This document shows positions 30,784-41,685 of a DNA stretch of 64,000 nucleotides, one piece after another (position 1 is the first letter of the stretch; the number at the start of each line of letters is the position of its first letter). Made by a program: the position numbers and the translations under genes. This stretch comes from Synergistales bacterium (GTDB lineage: Bacteria; Synergistota; Synergistia; Synergistales; JAFGMB01). The stretch is from the NCBI GenBank assembly GCA_963666205.1, contig OY762654.1, positions 1,728,001-1,792,000 on the forward strand. Direction: 5' to 3'. The notes beneath the pieces were generated by a model that had not been told where the DNA came from, made no database searches, and worked only from the letters and a program-made list of their open reading frames with translations.

Positions 30784-31464
30784 TCAACCCCCGGTTTTAA
30801 TATTTTCAAGCCTTCTTGCGAACAGACTCCAGGATCTGCTTTGTTTGAGCTTTTCGATCTCGCCCTTTTTCAGGAATTCCAGGATCTTGTAATGATTGCG
30901 GGCTGTTTCTTCCAGATTTTTTTCATGACTCAGATCGTCAAGCATTCCAAGTTCAAGCTGATGGTAAAGATCGGTAAGGATCTTTCTGGTTCGTGGTCTT
31001 TCCGCTTTCATCCATGTATGGTGATGGAATTCTATGTCTTTTCTGAAGAAAGCCAGAACCTTTTCATCCGGTAGCATTTCAGATCGTGCAATTTCCACCA
31101 TCTGGTCTATCAGGCAGGAAAGGTGGCTGTAATCAGTTTCCTTAAGGAGACTATTTTTAACCAGAGTCTCGTAAATGTTTCCCTCAAGGAGATAACGCAG
31201 GTCGTAAATTTCTTCTATAGCTTCCTCTGAAAGATCGCACACGAAGGTTCCCCTCCGGGGAACTGAGGTTACCAGCCCCTGGCTCTCAAGGCGGCGCAGC
31301 GCCTCCCTCACGGGAGCGCGGCTGATATTGAGCTTTTCTGCGATCTCTGATTCAACAAGCTTATCTCCCTTCCTGTAGGTTTTAGAGACAAGTATCTGAT
31401 TTCTCAGATAGCTTATTACCTTGGAAGTTATCGTTTCATTCAGTCCGAGTTCGTTATAGCCCAT
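30784..31464 (-). CDS. GntR family regulator (FCD domain)
   Basis: ESEIAEKLNISRAPVREAL wHTH; DIEFH and H of the FCD domain. Confidence 0.93.
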   Translation of the reverse strand: MGYNELGLNETITSKVISYLRNQILVSKTYRKGDKLVESEIAEKLNISRAPVREALRRLESQGLVTSVPRRGTFVCDLSEEAIEEIYDLRYLLEGNIYETLVKNSLLKETDYSHLSCLIDQMVEIARSEMLPDEKVLAFFRKDIEFHHHTWMKAERPRTRKILTDLYHQLELGMLDDLSHEKNLEETARNHYKILEFLKKGEIEKLKQSRSWSLFARRLENIKTGG

Positions 31465-31501
31465 GCGTACTCTGCTCCTTGTTGAAAAAGAAGTGATTAT
31501 A

Positions 31502-31514
31502 GTCGACAGTCGAC
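31502..31514. promoter_or_regulatory. Putative GntR autoregulatory operator
   Basis: GTCGACAGTCGAC 38 nt upstream of the gntR start. Confidence 0.65.
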
Positions 31515-31675
31515 GACAATGGGATAATTCTATAATAACAGAGGGGTATTTACAATGTGGATAATAAATGGAGTATACAGTATCCCAAGTGCAAAATAGG
31601 GATTATGCTCAAAGACTAATTAAAGAAATGGGGTACTGTTTTTTTCTCGAAAGAGGAATTATCTGTCTGTTTTTA

Positions 31676-32506
31676 CTACTCCAGCCACTTGGTGATATTT
31701 TCAAGGTATTTCCTGTGCAGTTTACTGGTGATGGGTCCGGGTTTACCCTGACCTATTGTAATATCACCTATTCTTGTGACAGGAAGGATTTCCTTGATGG
31801 AGCCGGTTATAAAGGCTTCTCTGGCCTGAGGGAGTTCTTTCACCAGGGGGCATCGTTCTTCAATATTGATATTTAATTCTGACGCTATGGATATTACAAG
31901 TTCCCTTGTAGTGCCTGCAAGGACTCTGTTCAGGGGTGCGGTTATGAGACTGTCATTTATGATCAGGAAAAAATTGCTGTGGGAAGATTCAGTTATCTCT
32001 CCCTTTGGCGTGTAGAGGATCTCGAAAGCATCCCTGTCCTTTGACTGGCTGGTGAAGGATATCATGTAATTGATGGATTTAGTGTGGGGCATGAACCTGT
32101 CTGCATCGATGGGCTGAAGTGCAACCCCTTCTAGATAACTTTCAGGGGCGGGTTTACGGGTTTCCTGGAAAATTATGAATAATCTTGGAGAAGTGAAAGT
32201 AAGGCTTTCCGGGTCAAATACATCTCCCCCTGTTATGTAGGGTCTTATAACAGCCTCTGAATCCATTTTATCTATACCTTCCCGAATAATTGAGACCATT
32301 TCATCATAGGTGAGGGGAAGGGAAATGCCAGATTCCATGGCGGATTTCTCAAACCTGCGAAGGTGTGCAGTAAGCCTTATGGGGCGTTTCATATGGGTGC
32401 TTAGAGAGTCAAAAACACCTACTCCTCTCTGGATGATCAGGTCCGTGAGGGGAAGAGCAGCTTCGCTAAGGGGAATAAAAGAACCGTTTATATAACAGAG
32501 ATCCAT
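31676..32506 (-). CDS. Class IV PLP aminotransferase, probable D-amino-acid transaminase
   Basis: QRGVGVF, HLx[25 protein letters not shown]; recalled similarity to the Aminobacterium enzyme. Confidence 0.85.
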   Translation of the reverse strand: MDLCYINGSFIPLSEAALPLTDLIIQRGVGVFDSLSTHMKRPIRLTAHLRRFEKSAMESGISLPLTYDEMVSIIREGIDKMDSEAVIRPYITGGDVFDPESLTFTSPRLFIIFQETRKPAPESYLEGVALQPIDADRFMPHTKSINYMISFTSQSKDRDAFEILYTPKGEITESSHSNFFLIINDSLITAPLNRVLAGTTRELVISIASELNINIEERCPLVKELPQAREAFITGSIKEILPVTRIGDITIGQGKPGPITSKLHRKYLENITKWLE

Positions 32507-32809
32507 CAGTATTAAGCCTCCATATGGCAGAATTGATCAGGCAATTGTATCAGAAAAGGGAATCGGGAGCGATGGGTGACTCTGGAGCCCGAACCTCGAT
32601 TCATCCCGGCCTTACGTTGCGGGGACTGTCAATGAGCGTCCTGGTAGGATATAATCTTTCTTGGAATGATCCCTTGCCGGAAGGTTTTCTCAGCTACTGC
32701 GCAGGGAGATTTCTACAGGGTGGATGTTTCTGTTATTTCTTGCATATTTCATCTATATTATTTGCGTTCTTGTGGAATATGATGATCTTTCTCGGGAGAA
32801 AGTCGCTAT

Positions 32810-35485
32810 ATGTTCATAATTCATGACTCAGTCAGGCGTCTTGCCCATGGCCTTTTTTCGGCTTCTACATTTGTCCTTCTTACGTTCATCATCCTTATCA
32901 CCCCGTTGGAGGCGGAGGTTAAGGTCCCCCATGTTCTGATCCTTAATTCCTATGGTGAGATTTTCCCCTGGACCGAAAACCTTACGGACAGTATTATTTC
33001 CACCTTTAATGAGGGGAAATTCAGAGCCGAACTCATTGTTGAATTCATGGACAGCAAAAGGTTTGCCTATTCCGGTTATATGGGACGACTGGCCGAGGTC
33101 TATTCCAAGAAATACCGCAACGTAGAATTTAAACTTATAATTGCCACCGATGATAATGCTGTTCGCTTCCTTTCTCTTTTTGGAAATCTTCTTTTCCCCG
33201 GAGTTCCGGTTGTATTCCTTGGAGTAAATGACAGAACTTTTATAAGGGAAGCTAATTTCCCGAATATGACCGGCTTTATAGAAAACATTGATATCAGGGG
33301 AACTGTTGAACTAGCCCTTTCTCTTCATCCTGTGACCCGAAAACTGGTTCTGATCAGTGACTTTACCAGAACCGGGATCAATCATATCCAGAGGTTCAGA
33401 GAACTAAGACAGACCCTCCCGGAAGATCTTGAGATCATCGAACTTATTGGTCTTGAAAGGGCAGATCTTGAAAGACGACTCAAGGCTCTTGATAAGGACA
33501 GTGTGGTCCTTTTCTTCTCCTATTACAGAGATTCCACTGGAAATGGCTATTTCCCCAAACAGGTTCAGGAAATTCTGAAGGCAGCTGGGTCAGTGCCCGT
33601 ATATTCCTTCTGGGACTATATGGTATCCCAGCCTGGAGGATCCGTATTGGGAGGCATGACCATATCTTCCACTTCCTATGGCCGTGATGCTGCCAGAACA
33701 GCCATATCTATCCTCAGCGGAAAGACATTATCTGAAATCCCCATCGAATGGGATGGACCTGAAACACATCCGTCCTTTAACTATCATCTTCTTAAAGAGA
33801 ATGGAATTAAAGAAAAAGATCTTCCTGAAACATCGCAAATCTACAATATTCCCCAGTCTGTTTTTTCCGGGTATGGAAAGGTAATTCTTGCCAATATGGG
33901 ATTCCTGCTGTCTCTTGTCATTCTGGTTTTCTATCTGGCTATGAACGTTTATTCCAGGAAGAAGACAGAAAAAGCTTTGTCAAGAGAAAAGAAGTACTGG
34001 GAGAGCCTTTTCGAATATTCTCCGGAGGCTATCGTCTGCTCTGATTCAAAGGGAATACTGAAAAGATCCAACAGGAAGTTCCATGAACTTTTTGGATACC
34101 AGGAGAAAGAGATAATCGGTAAATCTCTTGACGGTCTTTTTGCAAGATCCAGAGAACAGTTCAGGGAAGCTACAGCATTAAGCCGTACTATGAGTGAGGG
34201 GAAGAGAGTAGGTGTGGAAACGACCCGTATGGCAAAGGATGGAAGCAATATCCCGGTATTGATGATGGGACTTCCCCTTAGCATAGGTGGTAAGCATATG
34301 GCCGATTTCTGTATTTACAGGGACATAACGGATCAGAAAAGATCCGAAGAGGAACTCAAACATCGGCTGAGATTCGAGGAAGTCCTTTCAAGGGTTTCTT
34401 CAAAACTTGTTTTTGTGAAGAACGTGGACAGGGTAGTTCTGGAAGTAATGGAGGAGTTAAGAATATTTCTGGGATGCTCTTACATCGGACTGGCAAGAAT
34501 AGACAGGCCTTCTGGATCCGTTAACATAACCCATGAAGCTTATGAAGAAGACGTCCTTCCCTTTAAAATAAAAAATACACCTCTCAATAACGTATCTGGC
34601 GTGATGAGGGATCTCCGTACCATGGGAGAATTTATCCTTGAGGATATCTCATCCCGCAGCATAGTCGATCCTTTTATCAGCACTATTACTGAAAAACGGG
34701 ACAGCCGATCTCTTCTGATCCTTCCTCTTCACATGAAAAAGGATCTCGAAGGAATGCTGATATTTGAAAACCTCTGGATCGGTAAACACTGGAACGATTA
34801 CGATATAAGCCTTCTGCAGACCTTCAGTGACATTTTGGGAGAAGCCTTCAGGAGGGTATCTTCTTCTGAAAAACTCCAGACCACCATGACCGATCTCAAA
34901 CGGGCCTTTGAAGGTACCTTCAGCACCATGACCAAGATACTCGAAATTAAAGACCCTTATACAGCTGGTCATCAGCAGAAAGTCACCCAGCTTGCCAAAG
35001 CCATAGCCCTGGAGATGAACCTTCCTGTAGACAGGGTGGATGCAGTATATTACGCTTCCCTCGTCCATGATATCGGCAAGATCAACATTCCAAGCGAGAT
35101 CCTGAGCAAACCTGTAAAACTGACGGAAATTGAGTTTTCTCTTATCAAAAACCATACAACCTATGGTTGGGAGATACTCCACAACATATTTTTCCCATGG
35201 CCCATTTCGGATATTGTTCTTCAACACCATGAGAGACTTGACGGTTCAGGATATCCCAAAGGTCTGAAAGGTCGGGAGATACTGCTTGAAGCCAGAATAA
35301 TTACCGTGGCAGATGTAGTAGAGGCCATGGCATCGGATAGACCCTATCGGCCGAGCCTTGGTATAGAAAAAGCCCTGGAAGAAATAGAGAAGAACAGCGG
35401 TCGATGGTATATGCCGGAGGCCGTAAGAGCCTGTATAACCCTTTTCAGGGAAAAGGGTTTTATTTTCAGGGAGCCTTCACAATGA
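32810..35485 (+). CDS. Periplasmic sensor-TM-PAS-GAF-HD-GYP protein (putative cyclic-dinucleotide phosphodiesterase)
   Basis: ABC-SBP-like N-domain, TM helix, PAS (FEYSPEAI..RDIT), HDIGK, HHERLDGSGYP, RPYRP. Confidence 0.9.
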   Translation: MFIIHDSVRRLAHGLFSASTFVLLTFIILITPLEAEVKVPHVLILNSYGEIFPWTENLTDSIISTFNEGKFRAELIVEFMDSKRFAYSGYMGRLAEVYSKKYRNVEFKLIIATDDNAVRFLSLFGNLLFPGVPVVFLGVNDRTFIREANFPNMTGFIENIDIRGTVELALSLHPVTRKLVLISDFTRTGINHIQRFRELRQTLPEDLEIIELIGLERADLERRLKALDKDSVVLFFSYYRDSTGNGYFPKQVQEILKAAGSVPVYSFWDYMVSQPGGSVLGGMTISSTSYGRDAARTAISILSGKTLSEIPIEWDGPETHPSFNYHLLKENGIKEKDLPETSQIYNIPQSVFSGYGKVILANMGFLLSLVILVFYLAMNVYSRKKTEKALSREKKYWESLFEYSPEAIVCSDSKGILKRSNRKFHELFGYQEKEIIGKSLDGLFARSREQFREATALSRTMSEGKRVGVETTRMAKDGSNIPVLMMGLPLSIGGKHMADFCIYRDITDQKRSEEELKHRLRFEEVLSRVSSKLVFVKNVDRVVLEVMEELRIFLGCSYIGLARIDRPSGSVNITHEAYEEDVLPFKIKNTPLNNVSGVMRDLRTMGEFILEDISSRSIVDPFISTITEKRDSRSLLILPLHMKKDLEGMLIFENLWIGKHWNDYDISLLQTFSDILGEAFRRVSSSEKLQTTMTDLKRAFEGTFSTMTKILEIKDPYTAGHQQKVTQLAKAIALEMNLPVDRVDAVYYASLVHDIGKINIPSEILSKPVKLTEIEFSLIKNHTTYGWEILHNIFFPWPISDIVLQHHERLDGSGYPKGLKGREILLEARIITVADVVEAMASDRPYRPSLGIEKALEEIEKNSGRWYMPEAVRACITLFREKGFIFREPSQ

Positions 35486-38160
35486 ACAGGACAAGTATGA
35501 AGATGTTTTCAAATGTTTTTCCGGTCAGACTGACTTCCCTCTTCCTCTTCCTTTGTATTGCCGGCCTGCTTCTGTTTCCCCTTTCAACGCCATCAAGAGG
35601 GGATGACGGGAAAAAGGTCCTTCTTATTCATTCCTATCACAGGGGCTATCAATGGACGGACAGTCTTAACAAGTGGATAGTCAAGACGATCACAGAGGAG
35701 AGGCCTTCCACAGATTTTTACGTGGAATATATGGATACAAAACGCTACTATACCCATGGTTTCCTCTTTGATCTTGCCATGATCTACAAACAGAAGTATA
35801 TGTCCATAGATCTGGATCTTGTGATCTGTACCGATGACAATGCATATAAACTTATGCAGTATTATGGAGCGAACCTTTTCCCGGGAGTGCCGGTTGTCTT
35901 CTGCGGGGTGAACGACCCCTTCCTTGTACAAAGACAGGCCATAGAGATCCGAACCGGGTTGATGCAGACCCCGGCCAGCATTGAAACGGTTCTTCTGGCC
36001 CTCGAAATTCAGCCTGAAACAAGGAACATCGCCCTTCTCTATGATTCGACGGGAACGGCCCTTGAGAACAGGAATAATTTTTTCAAAAAAATTTCCGAAC
36101 TACCGGAAGACTTGACAATTATCGAGATCCCCCAGATGAAGGAAGCGGATCTCAAATACAAACTTTCAAGCCTTCCTGAGCAAACGGTGATACTCCTTCT
36201 GGGTTACTGGAGATCCAGTGAAGGAATTTTCTATAATCCCTTAAGCCTCCTGGAACTCATAAAAGGAGCCTGTGATCTTCCGGTATATTCCATGCTGGGA
36301 TTTATGACAGAGGAATGTGGGGCCCTCGGAGGGAAGGCCGACTTCGGATATGAACATGGGACTATTGCCGCAAGTATGGCTTTAAAGCTCCTTCAGGGAG
36401 AATCAGTGGAGAAAATCCCTGTTATATGGGAAGGGCCTTCAAAATATGTCTTTAACTATGATGAACTTATACGTTTTGGAATAGATCCGAAGGATCTTCC
36501 CCGTGACAGTATTATCTTTCACAGGCCGGAAAACTTTTTTGAGCGTTACCGCCAGATAATAATAATCAACGTTATTATTATCCTTGTGCTTCTATTTATG
36601 GCAGGGTATCTCTACGCAAATGTTCACAGTAGGAAAAAGGCAGAAAGGGAACTTCTGAAGGAGAAGGAATTCATGGAGCAGCTTTTTGAAAATTCTCCGG
36701 AAGGGATAGTCCTTATTGACAGTGAAGACAGGATACGCAGGGCTAACAAGGAAATGGCCAGGCTATTCAAATACCGCATGAAAGATATGATCGGTGCCAG
36801 GATTAACAGTATCGTAGCTGGAAATCCGGAAATGATGGAGGAGGCCAGCCGTTTTTCCAGGCGTTCACTTGCAGGGCATGAATTTATGGTTGAAACGGTG
36901 AGGCATAGATCCGATGGAACAGAATTTCCCGTTTCCATCTGCGGGATGCCCTTTGAAGTTGATGGAGAAATGATGGTTTACGGAATTTACAGAGATATCA
37001 GCGAGAGGAAAAGAGCTGAGGAAAAGCTTAAAAAAAGGCTGAAATTTGAAGAGTTTATCTCAAAGATCTCGTCAAGAATGATATTCGAGAGCAATCTGGA
37101 AAATCTGCTGAATGAAAGCCTGGAAAATCTGTGTGGAATAATAAATGCTGCAAGGGGACACATCGTATTTTTTGAGAACGATCATTCCCAGTTTAATGCG
37201 ATCAGTGAATGGACCTTCCATTATGACAATATCCTTACCAGGGACAAGTGGACTTCAGCTGTTCAGGATTTCCGCTGGATGATAGACCACCTGAAGGAAT
37301 TTGGTCAGATAATTGCTGAGGATCTGGATTCTTTCAAAGCTATTTCTGAAGAGGATAGGATTCTACTTACCAATGATCTTGATACTTCTGCTCTTATAGC
37401 TCTCCCTTTCTATAGAGAGGAGAAGCTTAATGGCTTTATAGGAATTTACGATCCCTGGCCAGAACAGGTATGGAACAGTCAGGATATTAACCTCCTGAGG
37501 ACATACAGGGATATTGTGGGGGAAGCTTTTCTTCGTAAAGAGTCCGAAGACAAGCTTCAGAAAAGCCTTGAGTCCCTGAAACGAACCTTCGAAGGCACCA
37601 TAGATTCCGTAGGAAAGATCCTGGAGGTGCGGGATCCCTATACTTCAGGGCACCAGCGCCGGGTGGCTCATCTGGCCGTAGCCATAGCAAACGAACTTGA
37701 GCTTGAGGAGGATCGTATCACTGGACTCTATTACGCTGCCCTTGTCCATGACATAGGAAAGATCAATGTACCAAGCGAGATACTCAGTAAACCCGACAGG
37801 CTGACACCAATTGAAGAAGCACTTGTAAAGCATCATTGTAATTATGGTTGGGAAATACTGGAAAAAGTAGACTTTCCATGGCCCGTTGCGGAGATGGTGC
37901 TGCAGCATCATGAACATTTTGACGGATCCGGCTATCCAAGGGGACTGCAAGGCGATGAGATCCTTATAGAAGCCAGGATCCTCACAGTTGCAGATATGGT
38001 GGAAGCCATGTCCTCGGACAGGCCTTACAGGCCGGCTCTTGGCCTGGATATGGCCCTGGAGAATATCATACGTTTCAGCGGGAAACTGTACGACCCCCGG
38101 GTTTCAAAGATCTGCCTGTCCCTTTTCAGGGAGAAGGGTTTTGAACTCAGAGATAAATAA
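35482..38160 (+). CDS. Second sensor-PAS-GAF-HD-GYP paralogue
   Basis: Same architecture; ATGA overlap with the preceding gene; HDIGK and HHEHFDGSGYP. Confidence 0.9.
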   Translation: MNRTSMKMFSNVFPVRLTSLFLFLCIAGLLLFPLSTPSRGDDGKKVLLIHSYHRGYQWTDSLNKWIVKTITEERPSTDFYVEYMDTKRYYTHGFLFDLAMIYKQKYMSIDLDLVICTDDNAYKLMQYYGANLFPGVPVVFCGVNDPFLVQRQAIEIRTGLMQTPASIETVLLALEIQPETRNIALLYDSTGTALENRNNFFKKISELPEDLTIIEIPQMKEADLKYKLSSLPEQTVILLLGYWRSSEGIFYNPLSLLELIKGACDLPVYSMLGFMTEECGALGGKADFGYEHGTIAASMALKLLQGESVEKIPVIWEGPSKYVFNYDELIRFGIDPKDLPRDSIIFHRPENFFERYRQIIIINVIIILVLLFMAGYLYANVHSRKKAERELLKEKEFMEQLFENSPEGIVLIDSEDRIRRANKEMARLFKYRMKDMIGARINSIVAGNPEMMEEASRFSRRSLAGHEFMVETVRHRSDGTEFPVSICGMPFEVDGEMMVYGIYRDISERKRAEEKLKKRLKFEEFISKISSRMIFESNLENLLNESLENLCGIINAARGHIVFFENDHSQFNAISEWTFHYDNILTRDKWTSAVQDFRWMIDHLKEFGQIIAEDLDSFKAISEEDRILLTNDLDTSALIALPFYREEKLNGFIGIYDPWPEQVWNSQDINLLRTYRDIVGEAFLRKESEDKLQKSLESLKRTFEGTIDSVGKILEVRDPYTSGHQRRVAHLAVAIANELELEEDRITGLYYAALVHDIGKINVPSEILSKPDRLTPIEEALVKHHCNYGWEILEKVDFPWPVAEMVLQHHEHFDGSGYPRGLQGDEILIEARILTVADMVEAMSSDRPYRPALGLDMALENIIRFSGKLYDPRVSKICLSLFREKGFELRDK

Positions 38161-38375
38161 AAGGAGACCTGGCCTTTAACTCCGCTGAGATTAATTCCAT
38201 CTTCTTTGACATGTGCAACAGGGCAGTTGCCCCTTTGTGCAGGGTTAAGAAATTTTACCTCGGTTACAAACATTCTATAATGTATAATACTGTAAGCACA
38301 AAAGAGAAGAAATATAATATTTTAAGAATATATTAATATAATTCAAACAATTTGTTTTAAGGAGGGGGGAATTTT

Positions 38376-39461
38376 ATGGCCAGGGAGATATTAGCCATAA
38401 ATCCTGGTTCTACAAGTACCAAGATCGCGTGGTTCAGGGATGAAGAAGAGATATGGAGAGAGACGGTACGCCATGATCCTGAAGAGGTGGCCAGATTTGA
38501 ACATGTAGCAGATCAGTATGCCTTCAGACTTGAGACCATTGAAGAAGCAGTTGGCAAGCATGGTGTTTCAATGGATTCGCTTGATGCGGTAGTAGGAAGG
38601 GGAGGCGTATTTGATCCCATTCCAGGCGGAACATATGAAGTGGATAATACTCTTATCGCCAGGGCTAAAGTGGGGAAACCATGGGACCATGCATCCAATC
38701 TGGGATGTATCCTGGCCGATGCAATCGCCAGCCCCAGAGGGATCCCTGCCTTCATAGTGGACCCCGTTGCGGTGGATGAAATGGATCCCATGGCCAAGCT
38801 GACTGGCCTTCCTGAACTTCCCAAACATGCACTTTCCCATGCCCTTAATATAAAAGCTACCGTAAGAATGGCTGCCAGGGATCTTGAAAAGGACTGGAAG
38901 GAATTGAACTTTGTAGTGGTCCATCTTGGAGGAGGCATCAGTATATGTGCCCATGCCAGGGGTAAAATGGTTGACCTTAACAGCGGTAATGATTTCGGTC
39001 CCTTTTCACCGGAGAGAACAGGCGGTCTTCCTGCAGGTGATCTCGCCAGAAAATGTTATTCCGGTGAATTCAACCAGAAGGATATGCTTAAGGAACTGGT
39101 CGGAAGGGGCGGAGTAATGGCCTATCTGGGGACCAGTGATATGAGAGAAGTCAAGAACAGGATAGATGGTGGTGACAAGGAAGCTGAGGCAGTGGTGAGG
39201 GCCATGGCTTTCCAGATCGCCAAGGAGATAGGAGCCCAGGCTACCTCGATTGCAGGTAAGGTTGATGCCATCCTTGTAACCGGAGGAGTTGCATACTATG
39301 ATGAACTTGTGGCTATGATCCAGGAAAGGGTTCAATGGATAGCCCCGGTTCTCAGGTATCCCGGTGAGGATGAGATGAGGCCCCTTGCCATGGGCGGTCT
39401 TCGAGTACTGAAGGGGGAAGAGGCCCCTCAGAAATATGGGGATTACCATAAGGGGGAATAG
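38376..39461 (+). CDS. buk: Butyrate/branched-chain fatty-acid kinase
   Basis: INPGSTSTK, VGRGG, HASNLG, HALN, HLGGGIS, GPFSPER, PGEDE. Confidence 0.96.
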   Translation: MAREILAINPGSTSTKIAWFRDEEEIWRETVRHDPEEVARFEHVADQYAFRLETIEEAVGKHGVSMDSLDAVVGRGGVFDPIPGGTYEVDNTLIARAKVGKPWDHASNLGCILADAIASPRGIPAFIVDPVAVDEMDPMAKLTGLPELPKHALSHALNIKATVRMAARDLEKDWKELNFVVVHLGGGISICAHARGKMVDLNSGNDFGPFSPERTGGLPAGDLARKCYSGEFNQKDMLKELVGRGGVMAYLGTSDMREVKNRIDGGDKEAEAVVRAMAFQIAKEIGAQATSIAGKVDAILVTGGVAYYDELVAMIQERVQWIAPVLRYPGEDEMRPLAMGGLRVLKGEEAPQKYGDYHKGE

Positions 39462-39464
39462 CTT

Positions 39465-40370
39465 ATGTCCCTGAAAAAACTGGATTTCCTTTTTGAAAAA
39501 TGCAAAGAGGGCTGCCATATGAATCTCGCTGTAGCCTGTCCCCACGGCACGGATGCCCTGGGTGCGGTATGCAGGGCTCATCATGATGGACTTGTCAACG
39601 GTATTCTTGTAGGGGATCCTGAAAGAATGAAGAGAATGGCTGAAGAACAGGGCTATGATCTGTCAGGTCTTGAAATAGTAGAAGAGAAAAACGATTATAT
39701 TGCAGCTGAAAGAGCAGTAAAGATGGTCTCAGCCGGAGAAGCCGACCTCCTGATGAAGGGGCTTGTGAAGACAGCTGCTCTCCTGAAGGCCGTGCTTAAC
39801 AAGGAATGGGGGATGAGAACAGGTTCCCTTCTTTCTCACCTTCTCCTTTTCGAAGTGCCCCTTCTTGACTACCGGGTCTTCGGTCTGGCAGATGCGGGGA
39901 TGAATATGTATCCCGATCTGAACGCAAAGGCCGGCATAATAGAAAATTCCGTTGAATGCTTCCATAAGCTTGGAGTGGAGAACCCCGGGGTGGCAGCCCT
40001 TGCGGCAGTCGAGGCTGTCAATCCCGACATGCCATGCACAATTGATGCGGCAGCACTTACACAGATGAACAGGAGAGGACAGATAAAGGGTTGTACCGTT
40101 GACGGTCCCTTTGCCCTTGACAATGCAGTGAGTCTTGAATCGGCCAGGATCAAGGGTATAGATTCTCCCGTTGCCGGAAATGCTGATCTGCTCCTTGTTC
40201 CTGATATAGAGGCCGGAAATATACTGGCCAAGGTGGTCCTTTACATGGTCAAGGCCAGAGGAGCCGGAGTGGTCCTTGGTGCAAGCCGGCCAATTGTTAT
40301 GACAAGCCGCTTCGATTCCATGGAGACCAAGCTTGCTTCCATAGCCCTTGGGGCGACACTGGCAAAATAA
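39465..40370 (+). CDS. ptb: Phosphate butyryl/acyltransferase
   Basis: LMKG, AVEAVNP, DGPFALDNA, PDIEAGN, TSR. Confidence 0.93.
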   Translation: MSLKKLDFLFEKCKEGCHMNLAVACPHGTDALGAVCRAHHDGLVNGILVGDPERMKRMAEEQGYDLSGLEIVEEKNDYIAAERAVKMVSAGEADLLMKGLVKTAALLKAVLNKEWGMRTGSLLSHLLLFEVPLLDYRVFGLADAGMNMYPDLNAKAGIIENSVECFHKLGVENPGVAALAAVEAVNPDMPCTIDAAALTQMNRRGQIKGCTVDGPFALDNAVSLESARIKGIDSPVAGNADLLLVPDIEAGNILAKVVLYMVKARGAGVVLGASRPIVMTSRFDSMETKLASIALGATLAK

Positions 40371-40490
40371 TTTTAGATTTTAGATTTGCGATTTTGGATT
40401 AAATTCAAAATCCAAATCAAAAATAAATGCTATTTTGGATCCTTGTTCTGTGTTTTCAATCCAAAATTGGCAATCGAAAATCTGAAATTG
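40371..40490. repeat. Inverted arrays of heptamer repeats, copy 3
   Basis: TTTTAGA TTTTAGA TTTGCGA TTTTGGA TT ... AATCCAA AATTGGC AATCGAA AATCTGA AATTG. Confidence 0.72.
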
Positions 40491-40614
40491 AATGGGTTTT
40501 TCCATTCTGTATAATGTATTTGCCTTTTTCCATTTCATGGGGTAACCTTTGAAAGGTTTGTGAAAAAAATCAGTAATTTGAAATTTTATATAATCTTAGG
40601 GAGGTTTTTCAGGT

Positions 40615-41547
40615 ATGGAACAGATTCGTTCGCTGTCAGCTCTTCTCGAATATGCTAAAAAGATCGGAGCAGAGCAGGGTCCCAAAACAATCAGTGTCGC
40701 AATGGCTGAGAATGCTGGTCTCATTTCATCTCTCGAGGAGGCAAGAGTATCCGGTATAGCAAACTCCATTCTTGTAGGTAATGCAGACAAGATCGCTGCT
40801 GCAGCCAGTGAAGCAGGGGTAGACCTTGCAAACTTTGAAGTCATTGATGAAAAAAGCGAGGCCAAAATGGGTCTTGTAGCAGTTGAAAAGGTATCTTCCG
40901 GCAAGGCCGATATCTATATGAAGGGACAGATCCACACCAATGATTTCCTTCGCGGAATGCTCAACAAGGAAGTAGGCCTTCGTATGGGCAAGAATACCAT
41001 ATCACACTGTTATTTCCATTCCGTAGAGGGTTACGATCGTATTTTCTTTATCTGCGATGCCGCCTTCAACATGTATCCCGACCTTGGCCAGAAGGCCAAC
41101 ATTATCCAGAATACTGTCAATTTTGCCAGAGCCTTAGGTGTGGCCGAGCCCAAGGTTGCTGTTCTCGCTGCCGTAGAAGTTGTCAATCCTGATATGCCAT
41201 GTACCCTTGAAGCTTCAGCCCTTACACAGATGAACCGCCGTGGTCAGATCAAAAACTGTGTTGTGGATGGTCCCTTTGCTCTGGACAATGCTATCAGTGA
41301 AGAGTCTGCAAAAACAAAGGGAATCGTTTCTCCTGTAGCCGGCAAGGCAGATGTACTCGCGGTTCCCGATATCGAAGCAGGAAACATGCTTGCCAAGGCT
41401 ATTGTCTATTTCTCAAAGAACGAAACAGCAGGTCTTATACTTGGAGCAGCAGCACCTGTTGTTCTGACAAGCAGGGCTGATTCTCCCAGAGCCAAGCTTC
41501 TTTCTCTTGCAGCTGCAGTTGCTCTTTCCGCTTTCCAGAAGAAATAA
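40615..41547 (+). CDS. ptb: Phosphate butyryltransferase, second paralogue
   Basis: YMKG, AVEVVNP, DGPFALDNA, LTSRADS. Confidence 0.93.
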   Translation: MEQIRSLSALLEYAKKIGAEQGPKTISVAMAENAGLISSLEEARVSGIANSILVGNADKIAAAASEAGVDLANFEVIDEKSEAKMGLVAVEKVSSGKADIYMKGQIHTNDFLRGMLNKEVGLRMGKNTISHCYFHSVEGYDRIFFICDAAFNMYPDLGQKANIIQNTVNFARALGVAEPKVAVLAAVEVVNPDMPCTLEASALTQMNRRGQIKNCVVDGPFALDNAISEESAKTKGIVSPVAGKADVLAVPDIEAGNMLAKAIVYFSKNETAGLILGAAAPVVLTSRADSPRAKLLSLAAAVALSAFQKK

Positions 41548-41685
41548 CCTTTAAGGGCAGAATTTCCCCTTATGGGTTTGTTCAACAGATCCAGGGGTTG
41601 CATATATATTTTTCATGTTTAGTGAAAAAGAAGGGGCCGCCCTGCTGCAGCGGCCCCTATCTTGTAATTTATAGGGGGATTGTAC

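Noticed and set aside
31556-31564. Isolated perfect DnaA box TGTGGATAA
   Set aside because: A single 9-mer with no cluster can occur by chance.
40371-40490. CRISPR array
   Set aside because: 7-bp periodicity with no unique spacers and no cas genes.
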